The position numbers and the translations under genes were made by a program. Positions 56,620-64,000 of a stretch of 64,000 nucleotides of DNA are shown piece by piece. The stretch spans positions 15,965,292 to 16,029,291 of the forward strand of contig OZ037767.1 of assembly GCA_964035545.1 (NCBI GenBank), given 5' to 3'. The first letter of the stretch is position 1. Every line of letters begins with the position of its first letter. This DNA is from Bugula neritina (lineage: Eukaryota; Animalia; Bryozoa). Under the pieces are notes generated by a model. The model was not told the DNA's origin. It saw only the letters and a program-made list of their open reading frames with translations, and did not search any database.

Positions 56620-59600
56620 ATGGTGAGTAGAATTGTTCTTTAATAAAGTATTATTATAAATATTGTACTATTTTTGTAATATATCTTTACGAGCTAGCAA
56701 TTTAATTATGAATAAGTTTATGAGAAACATTCTGGTTATATTACTTTATTAAGCAAAGTAATATACTAATATTTCGGGCGTCACTGTGCCCATGCATCTT
56801 CAGACTAACAATGACGCAATGTTTTTGTATACTTATTCATAGTATTATTGTGCCTTTTATTAATAAAATGTTGCATTGGAATAAAAAATGCGATTTGTGC
56901 CAGTGAAAATAGGCACTTGATTGTGCATAATATAGCACTTTAGGCTATTAGCATATATAAATGTTAATTTAAAAATTTTTACCTTTTTGTGTCCTCAAAC
57001 AGTTTTGGCAAGACCTCAATGCCTGCACACGTGAAATGGTATTTTTCTAGAGTTTAATCAAGCAAAAAAGACAGTGTAACTCAACTTCAACCTAATAAAA
57101 TAAATTACAAATCTAATGGCTAAAACAAGACAAAATATTTTTTAACTCTGTAAAACCTGCTTGTGTTAAGATGAGTTTATTTGATTGCGTCCTTTATTAT
57201 TGCAACTTGCAAGAATAAATGACTGCCACAAAAAGTTATGTTGAGCTATAAAAATTGAAGTAAATTCTTTTTATATACAATAAACCAAACTTATATTGAT
57301 TTGCTATTGCTTTAGTATTAATTTATGTGTCTATTAAACAACAATTTAACTAATCTTTTGAGGGTAAAAAAGCAAAGCTAAAATTAAAACAATAGGAGCA
57401 TAAAAAATTTAGTATTATTTTGACAAATTCAATTTGAATTCTTTTATTTATTTTATTCACCAGTCAACAATAACCTCATTCACTTCACCAATGATGAGCT
57501 CTTATAGCAACATGGCCCCAAATCATAAACCACTAAAACCTGAATCTCCAGCAGCAAAGTGGGGCGTCGGTGAGGAGCACCCGATGTACCAACCTAGTCA
57601 CACAGAACGCTACGAGCCTAAAATCTGCAATAGCTGTGGGAATGTTATAACTGATTATTACATAATGAAGGTGAGATTTGCTTATAAAGTACAGCTATTA
57701 TAATATGTTATAATGAATTATTTAACAAAAGCCTTCAAATTGCTATATATAGATTTGCACACGCAAAATATATGCTCTTTATTATGTTATACTATCTTTT
57801 AACATTGCGCAATACTTTATTATATTAAAATATAGTTAGTCAACAATGTTATATCCTATACAACTACTTATATTGTGTTATAATCTACTATATCCTGTGG
57901 TATACTATATTATATCAAATTATATTATATTATAATATATTATATTATATTATATTATATTATATTATAGTATATTATCATAATATATGACATTATATTA
58001 TATTATAATATATTATATTATATTATGTTATATTATATCATATTATATTATATTATATATTATATCATATTATATTAATTCTGTGAATATCTGCAAGCAA
58101 GTATAAAAGTTTAAGTGTTAAGAATAGTTAATTTAAAAACACATAATGATTGCAGTCTTTTACTCATGCAGTAAAAACAGTAGCATCTGCAAGTATAACA
58201 AAATGAATTTAGAGAAACAAAATTGTAAAAATAAAAATATTTTGGCAAAAGTTTAGATGAAATAAAAAAAGGCTTAAATATTTCTAAAAATTTTGTTAAT
58301 GAATTTTAAAAATATGATGGTATTAACTAATTATTGTCACGTTTGGAGAAATGCAGCTTATTGATGAATTAAAATAATTTCTGCATGAATCAATACATCT
58401 TTGCTAAGATATCTGCAGTCTTCCATTAATCATTGACTACCAGTTGCATTATTTATACACAATACAGCTGCTGCCTTGTGGGATAGTGGCTATGATATGC
58501 TGCCTAACAACGGGATGAGGCAGATTTGCTACTCTACTCTGTACAAACATGTCACCTCTGCCTATACATCATATACTTGTATTAGAGACTTTAAGCTGCA
58601 AGGGACTAAAACTTGCTGCGTCAATTCACTTAGAGTTGAATAAATCGTAGAGTAATAATATATTATTTAATAAATAGTTTTATCTTGTGTTAAAATATGG
58701 AAACTTTTAAGAAAACCAAAATAGTATCCAATATGTATACATATAAATTCAGTTTTTTTAAGAGAGTTAAAAAAATATCATAATATCTCCATTGGCATAG
58801 TGTATAACTATAACTTTAATATCATAAAGTATACTTTGATTGTTTACTGTTTGGCCTTTTGTATTAAAGGGCTAAAATTAATAAAAAAAATGTTGCCCAG
58901 GTTTGTCACTTTAACCACCCTCCAATAAAACAGCAGTATAATATAGAGTTTTAAACTAAAATTTAAAAAGATAGCAATTCTAACATTGTTTTCTACAAAC
59001 TTATTTCATTTAGTATAATATGATTATTAGTCAATATTACAAAATATTATACATGGCAAACAAACTGGATTATATACATGTACAGTAAAATTTCCATATT
59101 TATTTTTAATGCAGTAGCAGTAGAATACCTGAAGCTATAGCAGCAATAAATTATGTTTTTAAACTTGCAAATTAAAATATTTTTAAAAAGTTAAGAAACT
59201 AAAAATTATTTTCATATATTTTTTATATTTAATGCAATGACTTAGAAAAAATAGCATTTATTCTGAAATACTAAACAAAATGTTGAAAAAAATCTTTAAT
59301 GTGAAGTAAATATTGTCAATTTATACCAGATAGTACTGTAGCTGAAATAATAAATTATTTTACCATATGTTAGGGTGAGCAACAATAGTGGCAATCTGAA
59401 ATATTTTAGGCAATCTTTTAGTTGAGTCGTTACTCTAAAAAATTTAATTGTTTTTGAAGTCTACATAAAAATTTCTATTAATCATATTATGGTTGCAGGT
59501 TGTGTCAAAAAATACAGCCAATGAAAAGCGAGGCATAGAGCGCTGTTGGCATGAACGCTGCCTCAGGTGCTGTATGTGTGACATGTATATGAAAGAGAAA

Positions 59601-62600
59601 TGTTTTGAGAAATACGGACTACTTTATTGCTGGAACGACTACATCAGGTGAGATTTTCATATTCCAGAATTTTATATTATGTTTAATGACACATATTATA
59701 TTATATTATTACATACATGAGTATGTATATTATGTATATATAACTCACAACCCACGAAAACTCACGCAAGTTTATAGTTGCTATCCCTGTGAGAAACCCC
59801 TGATGGAAAGGGTTTTTGTTAGAACGGGCTAAGGACTGTCTTTTTAACATCGACCAATGGCCTTTGTTGGGGTTGGAACCCATGACTTCGTGTTCACAAA
59901 GCAAACGCTTTAACGCCTAGGCCACGGCTGATCCTTTTGTATATACTATTGTAATATAGCAAAAAAAATCAAACTGTTTCTTAAATTTCTTAATTTTAAA
60001 TTAGCAAAATTGAATTAATACTAACCTACAATTTAGGCAATGGTGAATTGTTATCAAAGGATTTTTGTCATAATGATGGAATCAAATCGAAAATGGGTAA
60101 TGGGTAATTCATAGTATTGAACACCAATAGCATTATTTTCAATTTATAACTTAGGCAAAAAATCTTCTACTCTTGGCTAAAAGCACACTTTTGATGATTT
60201 TCGTAAATTTTCTTGACAAAAAGTTTTTGGGTGTCATCCTTTTATCTTCGCAACGTTTGAGTCATATCTAAATAGTTCTAACAAATTTCAAACTCTTATC
60301 TTAAGATGTTTTGAGTCTTATGCAAGAAAAACGGCTTTATTTTGCGAGTTTCCTTTGTGAAAATATGCTGAGCGAATTATCAAGTTCTTTCATGCTTACG
60401 CTGTTGTCGTCGCGTCTTTTTGGTCTTCACCTTGACGACAAGAAGTAGATAAGATTTTAAGGATGTGTAAATAGATATAGCACTTCAAAAAGATACAATG
60501 CACAGTCAGTGCAGCTCCTATATAACAACAAATACTGTTGATAAGGTAATACAGTTTACATTGATAGATAAAGTCAATTACTGATGTATACATGCTCTTG
60601 TATCTAGAGTAAATACTGTTGGTGAATATATCTATTTTCAGCCAATCGGAACTTTGGAAATTGCACTAGCTTAGTCACTAGCCAAATCTCTTGCTAAAAA
60701 TAAACTTGCTCTAATTTGAAAAACGCAGAGAATTTAAAACAAAAAACTGAAAGTGTCAGGGTGTATTGAAAATTTTTAATTAGGATCCATCAATAGCTGT
60801 ATGACAGAAAATATAATTAAAACCCATTACTTTAACATAGACTTAACATACATTTACAATTTTCATAAAGAATAAAACTAACACACTTATGCTAACAATT
60901 TATTTTACGAAAATATACAAAACTGTCCATAGAATGATATCCGTTAGCCATATTTCATTGCCATATATTTGTTATGTGTGTTGGTTATATAAACTCTATT
61001 TAACCCAATATTATAAATATTTGTAGCTTAAAAAGTATAGGTATTGTAGGTATTTTATATAACATCAGAAAATGAGTAACATATATCACAATTTCTAAAT
61101 CAATATTTAATTTACAATAATTATTGCAATGTTATTGTTAACTTCTGGTTTAATATTCATTTGAATAATGACAAAAAAATTTAAGCTACATCCATATAAA
61201 AATGGTTAGCATATTTCTTGACCAAAAGTTATGCTTTAATCTAAAAAATTGCAATACTTTCTGTTTCAGAACCCACGGGAACAAGTGCTCTGTGTGTGGC
61301 AAGGGTATAGAGAATCTGGAGATGGTGATGAAGCTGTATGAAGGGGCATACTGTCACACATCCTGCTTCAAATGTGTCACGTGTCACAGACAACTCACAA
61401 CAGGTGACATGTATTCAGTGAACTGTGAACATGGCTGGCTGTACTGCAGTGAACACACAGTAAACCAACAACAATCAACACACCAAAATGACCACAACAG
61501 TCACATCGGTGAGTGTTTTTGTTGTGTTTTCAATTTTAGAAATCTTTTATTGTCACAGACTGAAAGAAAATAGCAATGTAAAAACTGTTACATCATAAGG
61601 TATAAGTGTAGTTGGCAAGTTGCGTGTGGCAATTTGCCAACGGAAGTGCCTAGATAAGTGAAAATGCTGGGTTTTATACTAGTCAAAAAGGTTAGCTATT
61701 GTGTAGTAGCCATAATGAGTGTTGAAAAGGCATAATATAACTGGCATAGCTGTGATGATATGTGAAAAGCTATAATGAATTAAGGAAAAGCTTTCCCAGC
61801 TTATGTAAAGTCCCAAAAGTTTCATAAAAAAAACAAAAGTCAATAAAAGAAAAATAACTTTTGTGTCTAAAATTTCATATGCTTGCTGAATCTGTTATAT
61901 CTTTAAACTGTTGAATACATGCAGCATTAATGATTCTGAGCATTGAATTAAATGTAGAAAAATGAAATTCACAGCCTAAAATGTACAAAGTTTTTTCTAG
62001 GGCAAATATTACGTAACATATTATGACTAACAATAAGCTTTCTATCAATGTGCTAAGTATATATTCTAATTAGCAAGCTGGCAGCAGTAATTTACACATA
62101 GGCAGCATTTCTTAGACTTTAGCAAAGGTGTCTGATAAACATAGAGTATGCTGACCTCGTGCTGCCTCGTGAGTTGACTTTACGTGGCGTGTGTAGCGAG
62201 TTTTCACACTCGTGCACAATATACACGGGCTAACAGCTCTGTTATGTATATAAATAACAAGCTGTCTGTAATGTAAATAAATAAATATAAATATATAAAA
62301 ATAATATGAATTTAATTAAAAATAAGGAACGAGTGGCATTGTGACTTTAATTTTATACACTGAAAATAAGCAATTTGTTTAAAATCTAATTTTTGTATTG
62401 AAAAATATAAATATTTGAATATAAGAATGATATTAATTCTATGAGCAATATGTATGACAACTCCAATAGTTGGTAATATATATAATAACACAATATGGCA
62501 TATTATATAAGGATGTTAAAACAACTATTTTTTTGTAGTTAGTACTGTTTAGAATTTACCAAGTGAAGTAGAAAATAAATAAAATCACATAAAATTGGAC

Positions 62601-62816
62601 CTTCACAGTATTATACTGTCAATTATAGATAATTAAATGTACTTATTAGATAGAAGTAGTATTATGGCAATGAACAGCTCCACAATGTACTGGAGTGATG
62701 AAGGTTTTGAGGATGGTGGAGCCAAATCAGACAAGAGGCCCCGCACAGTTCTCACCTCAAATCAGAGAAAAAGGCTAAAGACAGCTTTTGATGTGGACCC
62801 AAAGCCAAGCAAAAAG
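56620..62816 (+). CDS. Lmx1: LIM-homeobox transcription factor, Lmx1-like (5' partial; continues beyond window)
   Basis: Putative ATG-only exon 56620-56622 (ATG|gtgagt), then exons 57464-57670, 59499-59647, 61270-61508 and 62650-62816 in phase. Two LIM domains: CNSC...WHERCLRCCMC...YCWND and CSVC...HTSCFKCVTC...YCSEH. The homeodomain start KRPRTVLTSNQRKRLKTAFDVDPKPSKK most resembles Lmx1 ([28 protein letters not shown]). Subfamily assignment and first exon are less certain than the LIM-HD call. Confidence 0.82.
57905..58077. repeat. (ATATT)n pentanucleotide repeat in Lmx intron
   Basis: Directly visible. Confidence 0.9.
59757..59930 (-). mobile_element. tRNA-headed SINE family C, copy 2
   Basis: Minus strand CAGCCGTGGCCTAGGCGTTAAAGCG (A box)...GGGTTCCAACCCC (B box). 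Body is shared with 53972-54170 except for an internal ~35-nt indel. Confidence 0.78.
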
Positions 62817-62878
62817 GTGTGCTAACTTTTTTCAAAGTTGAAGTAAAAATTAATTTAGAGTTTCAAATCCTATTGCAA

Positions 62879-64000
62879 TACTTGTGACAGCACCTGTGAC
62901 AGCACCTGTGACAGCACCTGTGACAGCACCTGTGACAGCACCTGTGACAGCACCTGTGACAGCACCTGTGACAGCACCTGTGACAGCACCTGTGACAGCA
63001 CCTGTGACAGCACCTGTGACAGCACCTGTGACAGCACCTGTGACAGCACCTGTGACAGCACCTGTGACAGCACCTGTGACAGCACCTGTGACAGCACCTG
63101 TGACAGCACCTGTGACAGCACCTGTGACAGCACCTGTGACAGCACCTGTGACAGCACCTGTGACAGCACCTGTGACAGCACCTGTGACAGCACCTGTGAC
63201 AGCACCTGTGACAGCACCTGTGACAGCACCTGTGACAGCACCTGTGACAGCACCTGTGACAGCACCTGTGACAGCACCTGTGACAGCACCTGTGACAGCA
63301 CCTGTGACAGCACCTGTGACAGCACCTGTGACAGCACCTGTGACAGCACCTGTGACAGCACCTGTGACAGCACCTGTGACAGCACCTGTGACAGCACCTG
63401 TGACAGCACCTGTGACAGCACCTGTGACAGCACCTGTGACAGCACCTGTGACAGCACCTGTGACAGCACCTGTGACAGCACCTGTGACAGCACCTGTGAC
63501 AGCACCTGTGACAGCACCTGTGACAGCACCTGTGACAGCACCTGTGACAGCACCTGTGACAGCACCTGTGACAGCACCTGTGACAGCACCTGTGACAGCA
63601 CCTGTGACAGCACCTGTGACAGCACCTGTGACAGCACCTGTGACAGCACCTGTGACAGCACCTGTGACAGCACCTGTGACAGCACCTGTGACAGCACCTG
63701 TGACAGCACCTGTGACAGCACCTGTGACAGCACCTGTGACAGCACCTGTGACAGCACCTGTGACAGCACCTGTGACAGCACCTGTGACAGCACCTGTGAC
63801 AGCACCTGTGACAGCACCTGTGACAGCACCTGTGACAGCACCTGTGACAGCACCTGTGACAGCACCTGTGACAGCACCTGTGACAGCACCTGTGACAGCA
63901 CCTGTGACAGCACCTGTGACAGCACCTGTGACAGCACCTGTGACAGCACCTGTGACAGCACCTGTGACAGCACCTGTGACAGCACCTGTGACAGCACCTG
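62879..64000. repeat. Perfect 12-bp tandem array (cacctgtgacag)n, >=92 copies, runs off the window, in an Lmx intron
   Basis: Directly visible with no variant unit seen from 62891 to 64000. Source of the spurious (VLSQ)n ORF. Confidence 0.99.

Noticed and set aside
58468-58630. Possible additional degenerate SINE
   Set aside because: A-box-like start only; no clear B box or second copy in the window.
62870-63997. 375-aa (VLSQ)n ORF
   Set aside because: Antisense reading of a perfect intronic 12-mer; no ATG and no synonymous variation.

Overview
AT-rich, intron-containing animal (invertebrate-like) genomic DNA; no prokaryotic features. Six spliced protein-coding genes can be rebuilt by hand from GT-AG sites and exon phases: a myristoylated NCS-1/frequenin-type calcium sensor (-, 3197-7459), a SERHL-like alpha/beta hydrolase (-, 12739-18287), RPAP1 (-, 20011-34702), a trifunctional C1-THF synthase MTHFD1 (+, 36746-49051, divergent from RPAP1), an atypical long-tailed tetraspanin (-, 50125-54975), and the 5' part of an Lmx1-like LIM-homeobox gene (+, 56620 to past the window end). 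Introns carry more than 15 micro/minisatellites, many abutting splice sites. There are also two MITE families, a tRNA-headed SINE family and two short tRNA-like elements. Most long ORFs in the supplied track are artefacts of tandem repeats. The best leads are (1) a cryptic 6-nt G/C periodicity near the 5' ends of the three housekeeping genes, (2) a candidate stop-containing exon exactly at the MTHFD1 domain boundary, (3) an RPAP1 minisatellite flanked by a duplicated in-frame splice donor, and (4) a young TG...CA MITE with perfect 46-bp TIRs and a 5-bp TSD. All gene models are manual and unvalidated by transcripts.
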